A DNA stretch of 64,000 nucleotides from a virus. Below the pieces are notes generated by a model. That model worked only from the letters and a program-made list of their open reading frames with translations, searched no databases and was not told the origin of the DNA. Below, piece after piece: positions 27,401 through 36,681 of this stretch. Location: IMG/VR virus record IMGVR_UViG_3300036781_000303, positions 8,139 to 72,138 of that record; one strand, 5' to 3'. Both the position numbers and the translations under genes were made by a program. The number at the start of each line of letters is the position of its first letter. Positions within the stretch are counted from its first letter, which is position 1.

Positions 27401-28051
27401 ATGGCTGCCAAGAACATCCAACTTCGCGGACATTGCCAGTGCTGCGGCCGTGTCCAGGCTGTAAAGAACGGTCGCATGTCGTTGCATGGCTACACGGTAC
27501 AAAATCACTGGTTCAACGGCGTGTGCAGTGGCCACACCGCGCGACCGATTGAACACGATCGTGAGGTAGCTGATCGGTTAGTTGCAACGGTCTATGCGCA
27601 GTGCGTTGATCTGGACAGAACTGCTAATCTTTACGAGTCGGGTGAGCTGGTCCCTGAAACGATTAGAAAGGGCTCGCATAAGCCTAACGAATCACCGACG
27701 AAGCCGTGGGCCGAAGGCAGCGATTACGAGCGCGAACGCGAAGTAAAAAGCCGCGTGTGGAATACTCGCAATCATGCCAGTGCTGGGCGTGACTTCGCAA
27801 AGACACTGCAGCAGATAACGAACACGTTTCACGGTAAAGAGCTGCAGCAGGTTGAACGCGCAGAAGCACCGGCACCCATTCTTTCTGGTGAACGTCGCGA
27901 GCTCAATACGGCTAGCGTGCCCAAGACGGTAGCCACTGTGACGCGTGTAGATCGCAGTCGTGTGTATTGGAAAGCTACCTTCGGCGACAGCGTCAGACAG
28001 GGTTGGACGGGCACGCAGGCGTGGCGCAAGCTCAACAAAGTAGAGAAGTGA
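27401..28051 (+). CDS. hypothetical protein with N-terminal Cys/His metal-binding motif
   Basis: GHCQCCGR...HGY...CSG. Confidence 0.75.
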   Translation: MAAKNIQLRGHCQCCGRVQAVKNGRMSLHGYTVQNHWFNGVCSGHTARPIEHDREVADRLVATVYAQCVDLDRTANLYESGELVPETIRKGSHKPNESPTKPWAEGSDYEREREVKSRVWNTRNHASAGRDFAKTLQQITNTFHGKELQQVERAEAPAPILSGERRELNTASVPKTVATVTRVDRSRVYWKATFGDSVRQGWTGTQAWRKLNKVEK

Positions 28052-28060
28052 TAGCTAGGT

Positions 28061-28089
28061 GTGGCGTTGTGTTCAACGACGCCACTTTT
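28061..28089 (+). terminator. intrinsic terminator
   Basis: GTGGCGT/ACGCCAC stem followed by TTTT. Confidence 0.6.
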
Positions 28090-28114
28090 ATCAACTACAG
28101 GGTAGGGGTTTCGT

Positions 28115-28396
28115 ATGAACGCTGATCGTCGCAAGCAACTTAAATTCGTGCGTGCCAAGCTCGCCGAAGCGTGCATTCTGATCGAAGCTGCGCGTGACAG
28201 TCTCGAAAGCGCTAAGGACGAAGAGCTAGAGGCTTTCGAAAACATGCCTGAGTCGCTGCAGAACGGCGATAAGGGCACAGCCATGAATGAAGGCATCGAT
28301 ACCATGGGTGAGCTGTGGGACACGTTGGACGACATGGCTACCGAGCTGGGCAACGCCGATGACGCCATCACCAATGACCTGTGCATCAAGGGGTAA
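28115..28396 (+). CDS. acidic helical hypothetical protein
   Basis: MNADRRKQL...ENMPESLQ..DKG motif common in phages. Confidence 0.75.
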   Translation: MNADRRKQLKFVRAKLAEACILIEAARDSLESAKDEELEAFENMPESLQNGDKGTAMNEGIDTMGELWDTLDDMATELGNADDAITNDLCIKG

Positions 28397-28399
28397 ACC

Positions 28400-28642
28400 A
28401 TGTCAGTCGAGCGAACGAACATCACTGTTGCTGAGCTGCGCGCGACACTTAAAAGCCATCGTGGAAAGATTTATCTGCACACAGGCTTCGGGTGCATCGC
28501 AACGTCGAAAACAAATATTTTAGAAACGATAAATATTACACAACAGTACAATGCTAGTTTGTTCGATAAAGGTCGCTTCTCGCTGACGCGCATCGGTGAT
28601 GTCCATTCGTCTTTATATATCGTTTTCAACAAAGAGGCTTGA
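28400..28642 (+). CDS. hypothetical protein
   Basis: Packed ORF. Confidence 0.55.
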   Translation: MSVERTNITVAELRATLKSHRGKIYLHTGFGCIATSKTNILETINITQQYNASLFDKGRFSLTRIGDVHSSLYIVFNKEA

Positions 28643-28644
28643 TC

Positions 28645-30123
28645 ATGGTACAGATACCTCAGCAACCAGGCGCACACGTTGAGCCCAAGCGCCAGTGGTC
28701 GGCACATCAACAGGCATTGTTCAACGATGCCGCGAATGGCACCGGCAACCGCATCGTGCGCGCCGTGGCTGGCAGCGGTAAGACGACCACAGGCGTCGAG
28801 ATGTGCGCACGCGTCAAGGGTAGCCACATCTATCTGGCCTTCAACAAGGCCATCGCTACCGAGCTTTCGCAGCGTGGCGTCAACGGCCGCACGTTTCATA
28901 GCTTGTGCTACAGCCTGGTAACTCAGCACGTCGGCGTGAAAGAAGTCACTTCTGACAAGCTGCGCAAGCTCTGCATGCAGATGCTCACAGGCGAAGACTT
29001 TTTGCTGTATGCCGCTTTCGCGCAACGCATGGTCGGCCTGGCGCGTAACGCCGGCATAGGCTGCTTGGTGGTAGACACTGAACTGGCGTGGGTTGAACTG
29101 TGCCTGCATCACGATATCGAGCTGGACAGCGACATGGCCGATTTCAATCGCGGTATCGAAATCTCGCGCATGCTGCTTGAACACTCGAATGCTTCTGACA
29201 TGGTCGATTTTGACGACCTGCTGTACATGGCTGTAAAGGACGGCCTGACGCTGCCGAAGTTCGACAACGTGTTCGTCGACGAAGCACAGGACACCAACGC
29301 CATTCAACGCGCCATCGTCCGTAAGATCATGAAGCCCACCTCGCGCTTGTTTGCTGTGGGCGACGAGGCCCAGGCGATCTACGGCTTTCGTGGGGCCGAC
29401 AGCGACAGCATGCAGCTGTTGAAGACTGAGTTTGATTGCACGGACATGCCCCTTACGGTCACATACCGCTGCCCTACCTCTGTAGTCGAGTACGCGCGCC
29501 AGTGGGTTCAGCACATCGAAGCCGCGCCTAATGCGCCAGCTGGCCAGGTGATCGATATTGGCGGCGCCTGGTTGCCCAGCAGCTTCATGGCCAATGACCT
29601 GGTCGTGTGCCGTACGACAGCCCCTGTGATTAACCTGGCCTATAAGCTGCTCAAGGCGCGTATCCCCGTTCGCGTCATGGGTCGCGAGATTGGTGAGGGT
29701 CTCAAGGCTCTGATCAAGAAAATAAATGCGCGCGATATCGACCATCTCGAAAGTCGTCTGCAGATGTGGCGCGACCGCGAGACCGAAAAGGCATTTGCCA
29801 AGCAGGCTGACGCCAAAGTGGAAGCCGTCAACGATCGTGCCGATGCGGTGTGCTGCCTGATCGAAAGTCTAGAAGAGAACAACCGCACCATAGCCAACTT
29901 GCTGGACGTGATCGATAAGCTGTTCGCCGACAAGGCCAACGCCGTCGTTTGCAGCACTATCCACAAGTCCAAGGGTCTCGAAGCTGATCGCGTGTTCTGG
30001 TTGAACAGCTCGGGCTGCCCGGCCAAGTGGGCCAAGCAGCCTTGGCAAATCCAGCAAGAACACAACCTGTGCTACGTGGCCACGACCCGTGCAAAGAAAT
30101 CCCTTTTCTTGATCGAAATGTAA
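28645..30123 (+). CDS. SF1 UvrD/Rep-like helicase
   Basis: AVAGSGKTT, LAFNK, VDEAQD, VGD..QAIYGFRGA, STIHKSKGLE and YVATTRA motifs. Confidence 0.93.
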   Translation: MVQIPQQPGAHVEPKRQWSAHQQALFNDAANGTGNRIVRAVAGSGKTTTGVEMCARVKGSHIYLAFNKAIATELSQRGVNGRTFHSLCYSLVTQHVGVKEVTSDKLRKLCMQMLTGEDFLLYAAFAQRMVGLARNAGIGCLVVDTELAWVELCLHHDIELDSDMADFNRGIEISRMLLEHSNASDMVDFDDLLYMAVKDGLTLPKFDNVFVDEAQDTNAIQRAIVRKIMKPTSRLFAVGDEAQAIYGFRGADSDSMQLLKTEFDCTDMPLTVTYRCPTSVVEYARQWVQHIEAAPNAPAGQVIDIGGAWLPSSFMANDLVVCRTTAPVINLAYKLLKARIPVRVMGREIGEGLKALIKKINARDIDHLESRLQMWRDRETEKAFAKQADAKVEAVNDRADAVCCLIESLEENNRTIANLLDVIDKLFADKANAVVCSTIHKSKGLEADRVFWLNSSGCPAKWAKQPWQIQQEHNLCYVATTRAKKSLFLIEM

Positions 30124-30164
30124 GTAGACCGCGCTATATTGCGCAAATACACAGAGGACTTGCC

Positions 30165-30344
30165 ATGAGCGATCTAGCCTACGAACTGACTATGCAGCAG
30201 TACCGTGCTGCCATCATGCGCGCGATCGCTCATTGCGACCTGGCCATTGCCGTCAAGGCGACCTGGCCGTTGAAAAACGCCAAGCGCGAAATCGAAGACG
30301 CCAAGATGTATTTGGCGCTGGCCAGGGCTGAGGCAGAACGCTAA
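30165..30344 (+). CDS. hypothetical protein
   Basis: GAGGA RBS. Confidence 0.55.
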   Translation: MSDLAYELTMQQYRAAIMRAIAHCDLAIAVKATWPLKNAKREIEDAKMYLALARAEAER

Positions 30345-30604
30345 TGACCTGGTCATGCTCTGACGAATATATGCAAGGACATATGCCACGCGAAGGTGAT
30401 ATACGCGTGTGGCATGCCGGCGAGCAAAGGTGGTCATTGTCAATGCGGGGCGATTCGGAACGTGACTTCGTATATTCGCAATGGCCACGCATGTCAGCTG
30501 AGATTTACAAACACGGTGAATGGCTGCCTTTCACCGAAGAGTGGGCTTACCGCGAAAAGCATTTCGTGCCAGACAACGTCGAAGTCAAAATCATAGACCG
30601 CTAG
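30344..30604 (+). CDS. hypothetical protein
   Basis: TAATG overlap. Confidence 0.55.
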   Translation: MTWSCSDEYMQGHMPREGDIRVWHAGEQRWSLSMRGDSERDFVYSQWPRMSAEIYKHGEWLPFTEEWAYREKHFVPDNVEVKIIDR

Positions 30605-30614
30605 AGGTGACACC

Positions 30615-31109
30615 ATGAGTACGCGTGACAGCCTGATTACCACTATCCCAGGTACGTACGACAAGAACGGTCGTTTTAAATTCGACGAACCGTTGTCGTT
30701 GCACCCTGACGAGCGCCTTACATTGAATGGGATGCTGCACGCCGATGGCACATTCACGTTCGGCAAGCCTCAGCTCGAAACACCGCTGTCGTTGCTTGAC
30801 GAAGATCGACCCGAAGCCCGGCGCCGCCAGGCCGCACAGCGCAGTGAGTGTGCGGCTAACTGGCAGCTCAAGGCGGGCAGCGTAGTGAAGCGCTCGCCTT
30901 ACGAGACGAGCCTATACGGCGGTACCCAGCAAGAGCACGGGACATCGAGCTTTCAGTCGGTCTATGAAGCGGCAGCGCGCAGCAAGCTCGATCGCCTGCA
31001 GATGCAGAAGCGACGCCAAACACGCGCACGTGTGATCAGTACGCTACTGGGTGCGTTTCTCGTCGGCTGCATCATCGGTGTCGCTGGTATCGGCCTGGGA
31101 ATATGGTGA
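30615..31109 (+). CDS. hypothetical protein with C-terminal TM helix
   Basis: GAGGT RBS; hydrophobic C-terminus. Confidence 0.65.
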   Translation: MSTRDSLITTIPGTYDKNGRFKFDEPLSLHPDERLTLNGMLHADGTFTFGKPQLETPLSLLDEDRPEARRRQAAQRSECAANWQLKAGSVVKRSPYETSLYGGTQQEHGTSSFQSVYEAAARSKLDRLQMQKRRQTRARVISTLLGAFLVGCIIGVAGIGLGIW

Positions 31110-31525
31110 TGTCGACAGAACTTACAGCTACGACAGGCGTTCAGCCGACAACGCTAACGCACCGCAAAGGTGAATACCTATTGCTGACGGCTGGCAGTTA
31201 TTCGAATTATGGGCCGCTTGCAATAGTGCGCGTCGAAAAAGACATCGACATGGGTTTGTTGGCAAAAGTCTATGCTTTATGTCTGCCGCCAAAAACTCGC
31301 AAAGAATGGTTTCAAAACAATGGTCGACCGTGTGTTGATTCGTTCAGGGAAGTTCCTGACGATAGCGTTGACAAGAATGCATTTCTCGCTTTCCTTATCG
31401 CACGTGGCTATGTAAGCGAAGTCCCTTACGAAGAAATCAATTTCGAAGATTACAACGCACATAAAATTGATTTCATAAGAGACGTTGAAAACCAAGTCAG
31501 TGGTCGACGTTGCAAGATCATCTGA
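31109..31525 (+). CDS. hypothetical protein
   Basis: TGATG overlap. Confidence 0.6.
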   Translation: MSTELTATTGVQPTTLTHRKGEYLLLTAGSYSNYGPLAIVRVEKDIDMGLLAKVYALCLPPKTRKEWFQNNGRPCVDSFREVPDDSVDKNAFLAFLIARGYVSEVPYEEINFEDYNAHKIDFIRDVENQVSGRRCKII

Positions 31526-31761
31526 GGTAATCGCCGTGGCCAAACTGAAACCTTTTTCGTCTGCTTTCATAGCCGAGCAACTGAGCATGCGTTCTGCGCT
31601 GGGTATGTTGTATTCGCCAGCGCGTGAGCTACAGCTATTATTTCTGTTCGGTGATAATCCTTGCACGCGCGGTAACAACCTCAAGCTTAAAACGCGCGGC
31701 CTTATCGAACATGACCGTCATTTGATAGGCGCCGTTGAGATGTTCACAAGGGGTATGAGCC

Positions 31762-31980
31762 ATGACAACGATGCAACGTAAGGTGTACGGCTGCTTTGTG
31801 CTGATGCTGCTGTTGGCCATTTATGGCCTAGTTGGCGAGATGGGCTACAAAGACGCCCAGGTCGAGCACAACCAGTACTGCAGCATGGTCGATGCCTATA
31901 AGCACGACCCTGATACAGGCTGGCCTGACTACAAGCATATCTACAAAGCCGAGTGCGGCCAGCAGGTAGCGCAGCCGTGA
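31762..31980 (+). CDS. small single-TM protein
   Basis: TM helix then YCSMV...GWPDYK...C. Confidence 0.6.
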   Translation: MTTMQRKVYGCFVLMLLLAIYGLVGEMGYKDAQVEHNQYCSMVDAYKHDPDTGWPDYKHIYKAECGQQVAQP

Positions 31981-32183
31981 TCAAACACAAACTTTCACAG
32001 TTTCGACGCCAAGTCATGGACGGCTATAAAATACGTCCTGGCGGTAATGAGTGGCAGGTCACGCTATGGTGTGGTCACACTGGCATCGCGAACGGTAGCT
32101 ATGGCAAACGTCCTAAAACGTCGGCCTGTTTCAAATGCTATAGCGAAGCCAAAGACAAGGCGGCTAACCATGAGCCTCACTGA
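31977..32183 (+). CDS. small Zn-ribbon-like protein
   Basis: LWCGH...CFKC; paralogue of 33039..33251. Confidence 0.6.
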   Translation: MIKHKLSQFRRQVMDGYKIRPGGNEWQVTLWCGHTGIANGSYGKRPKTSACFKCYSEAKDKAANHEPH

Positions 32184-32373
32184 CAAGTCCTATGTGCTGG
32201 CGCGTTACCCGCATGCCTACGCCTATCAGTGGGCTGGCACGAACGCCTGGTGCATCTATGCCACGCAGCCTGGTGACGCTGACCACAAGGGTGCGGTACT
32301 GGCATCGAATGCTGAAACCATGGCCGCTGCGTGGACCAAGGCAGCCATCTCACTACAACTCAAGGGCAAGTGA
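32170..32373 (+). CDS. hypothetical protein
   Basis: Overlapping packed ORF. Confidence 0.55.
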   Translation: MSLTDKSYVLARYPHAYAYQWAGTNAWCIYATQPGDADHKGAVLASNAETMAAAWTKAAISLQLKGK

Positions 32374-32375
32374 CT

Positions 32376-32783
32376 ATGCTTTCGACCTATCGTTTCATCA
32401 AGTCGGCACTGAGCACCGGCTACGCCTACATCGATCTTGATGGCTGCCTGCTAAGGCGCATGCGTGTGCCAGCGCATGTGGACCCGAAAGATGCTTTGAG
32501 TTGGTGGACAGACAATCTGTGCGTGACACCCATCGTCAAGCGTCGGCTTGCCCTGGTCTATCTACTGCATATGTGTGGTGTCGAATTGTTCATCTGGACA
32601 AACCGCGCGCATACCCATATCGATGTGACGCACAAGGCGCTGGGTAAGCACATGACGCTGTTCAAGTTCAGTTACTTTCTAGGGGGTCGAAAGCAGCTGA
32701 TCAATCGCTTAGGCCCTTGCATGGACGATCAGGCAAAGTACATCGGAAAAACGTATCACGATCTTTTGGTAAAGCAGCTATGA
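32376..32783 (+). CDS. HAD-superfamily-like protein
   Basis: YIDLDGCL, IWTNR and MDD motifs. Confidence 0.65.
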   Translation: MLSTYRFIKSALSTGYAYIDLDGCLLRRMRVPAHVDPKDALSWWTDNLCVTPIVKRRLALVYLLHMCGVELFIWTNRAHTHIDVTHKALGKHMTLFKFSYFLGGRKQLINRLGPCMDDQAKYIGKTYHDLLVKQL

Positions 32784-33028
32784 GCGATGGCTTGCTGAGT
32801 AACTCGGTACTAAGAGTCCTGAACCAAAAACGCGTGGCATGGCGTGCCAAAGACATTGCTGCAGCGATCTACCCAGGCGTTGAATTCAATCTGCGATCGA
32901 TAGTGATGGCACTTCGCTATCTCGAAGCGCATGGCAAAGTTCAACGCACGATCGTGATTCGCGGTAAGTCGTCTTATTGGTACGCTACGGCAAAAGGCGA
33001 TCAGCACAACGTTCCGTTTCATCACTAG
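32780..33028 (+). CDS. winged-HTH-like small protein
   Basis: VLRVL...RAKDIAAA...ALRYLEAHGKV. Confidence 0.55.
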   Translation: MSDGLLSNSVLRVLNQKRVAWRAKDIAAAIYPGVEFNLRSIVMALRYLEAHGKVQRTIVIRGKSSYWYATAKGDQHNVPFHH

Positions 33029-33038
33029 GGGTGCACGT

Positions 33039-33251
33039 ATGAAATACGACTCAAGCAAATTTAGACGCAAGGTCGTCAGTGGCTACCGCTCAGGTGCGTG
33101 GTCCAGCAACTACTACCGATGCACCTTAAGCTGTGGCCATACGCAACAGCTTACACAAGGGTACAAAGGTCACATGCCTAAGACGTCGTCTTGCTATGCA
33201 TGCTACGAAGAGGCCAGCGCAAGAGAGGCTGCAGCCAATGAGCACAACTAA
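33039..33251 (+). CDS. small Zn-ribbon-like protein
   Basis: LSCGH...CYAC. Confidence 0.6.
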   Translation: MKYDSSKFRRKVVSGYRSGAWSSNYYRCTLSCGHTQQLTQGYKGHMPKTSSCYACYEEASAREAAANEHN

Positions 33252-33561
33252 ATATCTCTTGCTTGGCGGCCCCTATCATGGTGAAGCGCTTGTGCTCGAC
33301 ACTGGTAGGCACGTTAGTGAGCTACGCAACATTGTCATGCCTGAGCGTGGGCTAGGTTTGAGTAACGACGCTGTTGATGATATCAACGCAATTCCATCGC
33401 CACGTGATACGTTTCATAAATTCACCTACGAGCCGAAAACCTACGTCTATCGGTGCAATAACTTCATTGTGTACACATGGGGCATATGGCGCTGGTCTGA
33501 CGCCGACGTGATGCAACTGTTGTACAAGAACAAAATCATATCGGGGTGCGTACTGTCATGA
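33238..33561 (+). CDS. hypothetical protein
   Basis: YLLLGGPYHG; paralogue of the next gene. Confidence 0.6.
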   Translation: MSTTKYLLLGGPYHGEALVLDTGRHVSELRNIVMPERGLGLSNDAVDDINAIPSPRDTFHKFTYEPKTYVYRCNNFIVYTWGIWRWSDADVMQLLYKNKIISGCVLS

Positions 33562-33890
33562 CTTTCAAGAGCTACCTGTTCTTAGGTGGACCGCTGCATG
33601 GCACAACTAAAAAGCTGCCGACGCGCAAAGACTGCGTAACCGGCCAGCTCTACCCAGCAAGCAATGAGCCGGTCGTTACAGAGCATAGTTCCACCGAATA
33701 CGTGGCTGAGACTTTCGAGCACGTGCTTTACGATGTGTTTAGCCCAAAAGATTCTAAGCGTGTCAGATTCACTATTTACGTTCACGGTGATAAGGCGCAG
33801 TACGAAGACTTCGATGTATTGATGTTGCTGGTCAAGAACGGTCTGTTGACCGAGCGATTCACGTTACCTGACGAGGAGAAAGAAGCATGA
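33558..33890 (+). CDS. hypothetical protein
   Basis: YLFLGGPLHG. Confidence 0.6.
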   Translation: MTFKSYLFLGGPLHGTTKKLPTRKDCVTGQLYPASNEPVVTEHSSTEYVAETFEHVLYDVFSPKDSKRVRFTIYVHGDKAQYEDFDVLMLLVKNGLLTERFTLPDEEKEA

Positions 33891-34522
33891 ACACTGCAAC
33901 ACAGTCGGTTAGTATTTATGTCGATAACGACTGGCCTGGTGCGTCGATCGCGATTCGCGAAGATGGCGCCGTAGCTTTTCTGATTGGTCGCTACGAAGAC
34001 AACCCCAATGGACTTGCACTAGCGTTGGCTACGGCACAGTTCACTCAACAGAAATTCAATGAAAGTCGTATCGGCGCTTATTACTACAGGGCCGATATCT
34101 CGAAGGTGCCGGCTACGGTCGACGTCATGACCGATGGTATCGATGCCGTTATAGCTGCCTTCCAAGAGGCACAGAAGCGTATGCCCAGCTATCTACAGGC
34201 TGTGGCTAAGGCGTCGTTGATCTTGTCCCGCGCCGATGAAACGCGACAGCAAATGCAGCTGGCCATCGATTCACCAGGTCTGCCGCCAGGTTTGAAACTG
34301 CTTATGCAGGTCATGCAGCTGCACCACAACGTCAACGTGGACGCGATGACCTCGTTGCTGAGCACCGGCAAGGACGTCGCTACCCAGCTTGAAGCCATCG
34401 TGCTGGGCGACCCTGCAGCGGCCAGGACCGGCGTCATGAGGCTACTCGAAACGATGGGTGTGCCGATCAATCTGGCGGCTGGGCAGCCAGGACAAGCGCC
34501 AGGGTCTGAACGAGTTAACTGA
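33887..34522 (+). CDS. hypothetical protein
   Basis: GAGGAG RBS; last gene of the + arm. Confidence 0.7.
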   Translation: MNTATQSVSIYVDNDWPGASIAIREDGAVAFLIGRYEDNPNGLALALATAQFTQQKFNESRIGAYYYRADISKVPATVDVMTDGIDAVIAAFQEAQKRMPSYLQAVAKASLILSRADETRQQMQLAIDSPGLPPGLKLLMQVMQLHHNVNVDAMTSLLSTGKDVATQLEAIVLGDPAAARTGVMRLLETMGVPINLAAGQPGQAPGSERVN

Positions 34523-34543
34523 ACTAGAATCGATTTAGCGTAT

Positions 34544-34576
34544 AAGAAAGGGCCGCGATTGCGGCCCTTTCATTTT
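34544..34576. terminator. bidirectional intrinsic terminator between the convergent arms
   Basis: GAAAGGGCCGC-GATT-GCGGCCCTTTC flanked by A/T tracts. Confidence 0.85.
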
Positions 34577-34624
34577 GCCCCTTATTTGGCTCATGTAGGC
34601 CAGCCCCAGCTAAGCGCTACTACC

Positions 34625-34966
34625 CTACCGGCCAGGGGGCGAAGCGGTGGCTGGCGCAGCAGGCGTTGGCGGTGCTGGCAACGATCGAATGCCATCGAGC
34701 GCCGCCTTGCAGGTCGCCAGCCAGTGGCTGTCGTGCGCCAGGGCCGTATACATGTCGCCGTTGGCCCAGACGTTCAGAAAGCCGATGGCGCTTTCAATGG
34801 CCGGCAGCAGACTGGGCGGGATGGGCTGGTATTCGACTTTTGTCACTATCACCGGGTCGGCTGCATGCACTTGGATAGGCTTTTGCGTCGATGCCGGGGT
34901 GCAGGCTTGCAAGCAAACTAGTAGGCAGGCAATGGCCAGCCCACTTATCAACCTTCGCGTCTTCAT
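34625..34966 (-). CDS. o-spanin (Rz1-like lipoprotein)
   Basis: Signal peptide with lipobox LQAC, Pro-rich, overlaps the i-spanin 3' end. Confidence 0.8.
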   Translation of the reverse strand: MKTRRLISGLAIACLLVCLQACTPASTQKPIQVHAADPVIVTKVEYQPIPPSLLPAIESAIGFLNVWANGDMYTALAHDSHWLATCKAALDGIRSLPAPPTPAAPATASPPGR

Positions 34967-35294
34967 GCTGTAGCCTCGTTAGATCGTTGTTGAGTGCATT
35001 GTTCTTTGCGGTAGCCTCGTCAGCCGTTTGCTGGGCCTTCGCGGCAGCCTGTTGCGCTGCAGCCATCATTCCCTTTAAATCATTGAGCTGTTGTAGATCG
35101 GCGTCGTGCTGGGCTTGACGTCCTTTCTGTTCAGCCTCGGTCTGTGCCTGCTGCACCTTCGCTTCATCATTGGCATGTGCTGTCACACAGGCCAGGTCAC
35201 TGGCGCTCGATGCGCGCATACCGCCAATCCAGTAAGCCAGACCGATGGCCACAAGGGCGCAAGCGCAAATAATCAGAATCACTTTAAGAGACAT
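34794..35294 (-). CDS. i-spanin (Rz-like)
   Basis: N-terminal TM followed by a long Ala/Gln coiled coil. Confidence 0.8.
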   Translation of the reverse strand: MSLKVILIICACALVAIGLAYWIGGMRASSASDLACVTAHANDEAKVQQAQTEAEQKGRQAQHDADLQQLNDLKGMMAAAQQAAAKAQQTADEATAKNNALNNDLTRLQHEDAKVDKWAGHCLPTSLLASLHPGIDAKAYPSACSRPGDSDKSRIPAHPAQSAAGH

Positions 35295-35306
35295 AGAAGC
35301 CTCGCG

Positions 35307-35714
35307 TTATTGAGATACCGGCGTAACACCCAACGCTTTGAGCTGCGCACAAAGACGTTCGGCGTAGAGGCCCAAGATATACAGGTCAGAACGTGCCTTG
35401 GCTGCATCTTGCTGTGCAAGCACTTTGTCCTGTATTGCCTTATCTACTGTTGCAGACATGTCCTTAAGCTTTTGCTCGACGTCTTTAAACTGCATCGTTA
35501 AATCGGCTATCTGAGTACGCAACGTGGTGACCACATCAGTCACCCCACCCAAGCCTGCTTGTGCTAAGTCATTTGATTGTTGTGCTATGCCGAAGCGCGC
35601 CGACAAAAAGTTCCATACCTTTGGTGCAATCCAATAAAGCGCTACAGCTAGGAAGGATGGGACGCCATATTTCGTGGCATAGCTGACCCAGTCAGCTTGG
35701 GTGGATGGCTCCAT
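35307..35714 (-). CDS. holin/antiholin-like protein (1 TM plus coiled coil)
   Basis: Position in the lysis cassette; hydrophobic N-terminus. Confidence 0.55.
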   Translation of the reverse strand: MEPSTQADWVSYATKYGVPSFLAVALYWIAPKVWNFLSARFGIAQQSNDLAQAGLGGVTDVVTTLRTQIADLTMQFKDVEQKLKDMSATVDKAIQDKVLAQQDAAKARSDLYILGLYAERLCAQLKALGVTPVSQ

Positions 35715-36148
35715 TACGCTGTCCCCTTATCGATGGCTGTAAGGTCCGTTCGTGTGAGTACGAACAGGGCAGTCAGGGTTAGCATAATTTCTCCAACGTT
35801 TTCTGACCATACTTCGTGGTAAATGAAAACGCTGGCCACCGTCACAGTTAGCCACAATCCTGCCGTCGTCAGGTTAATCACAGTAGCCCAGGCGACGCGG
35901 GCCGTGCGATCGAAGATGCGCCACCATAGACAGCCGGCATTGAGCCCGAAGACAGCCGCCGCTATCCACTTGTAATAGGGTGGCAGCACCAGGCTATGTG
36001 GCAAATGCGCTGCATCGCAGCCTGGTGCGAAGGTCGATAGATCAGGACCCAGTGCAGTGAAGATCGCATAGAGCGATGCGGCAAGGGCTAGAAAGGCACG
36101 TTGAAACATCGTACGCGCGTAGAACAGGGCTTGTGTTAGGTCACTCAT
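35714..36148 (-). CDS. putative holin (multi-TM membrane protein)
   Basis: About 4 hydrophobic segments; directly after the endolysin. Confidence 0.55.
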   Translation of the reverse strand: MSDLTQALFYARTMFQRAFLALAASLYAIFTALGPDLSTFAPGCDAAHLPHSLVLPPYYKWIAAAVFGLNAGCLWWRIFDRTARVAWATVINLTTAGLWLTVTVASVFIYHEVWSENVGEIMLTLTALFVLTRTDLTAIDKGTA

Positions 36149-36681
36149 GGCCAACCTCCGGCTAAGACATACGGCGGCTGCAAGCCGCGTTGCTTCTTCG
36201 CCAGCACGCGTGCAGCGGCTTCGGCCTTGGTGATCTGGCCATCGGTGTTGGCGTCCAATGCCGCATTTTGCCGGTAGGCCACTGTCCCGCTGGTAAATAG
36301 CGCGCTGAATTCGCTCTTACCGATCGCGCTGGGCAGCAGGATAGCCATATACATATCCGATAGTGTTTTGATGCGTGGTGCATACGGTGTGAAGTACTGT
36401 TGCACGATATCCAACTGGTCCTCGGCAGACATGCGCATGAGCTGCTGCACGGTCGTACCCAAATCGATCGCCGTCGACGGCATGAATTGAATGAGCCCTG
36501 TTGCACCACTGCCCGCACCATTGCGCACGTCGGGTTTAAATGTCTCGTCTGACTCGAAAGCCATGCACGACATAAAGTCATTGGGCGCATCGTCGTACCA
36601 ATGAAAGCCGCGACAGATAGCCACAGCTTTGTTGGCGAATGCGATGCTGACTTTATTTCCCCAGGCAAGTTGCGTGATCAT
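36145..36681 (-). CDS. endolysin, lysozyme-like/lytic transglycosylase fold
   Basis: MAFES catalytic Glu, GATGLIQFMPSTA, and EF-hand-like DANTDGQIT. Confidence 0.85.
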   Translation of the reverse strand: MITQLAWGNKVSIAFANKAVAICRGFHWYDDAPNDFMSCMAFESDETFKPDVRNGAGSGATGLIQFMPSTAIDLGTTVQQLMRMSAEDQLDIVQQYFTPYAPRIKTLSDMYMAILLPSAIGKSEFSALFTSGTVAYRQNAALDANTDGQITKAEAAARVLAKKQRGLQPPYVLAGGWP

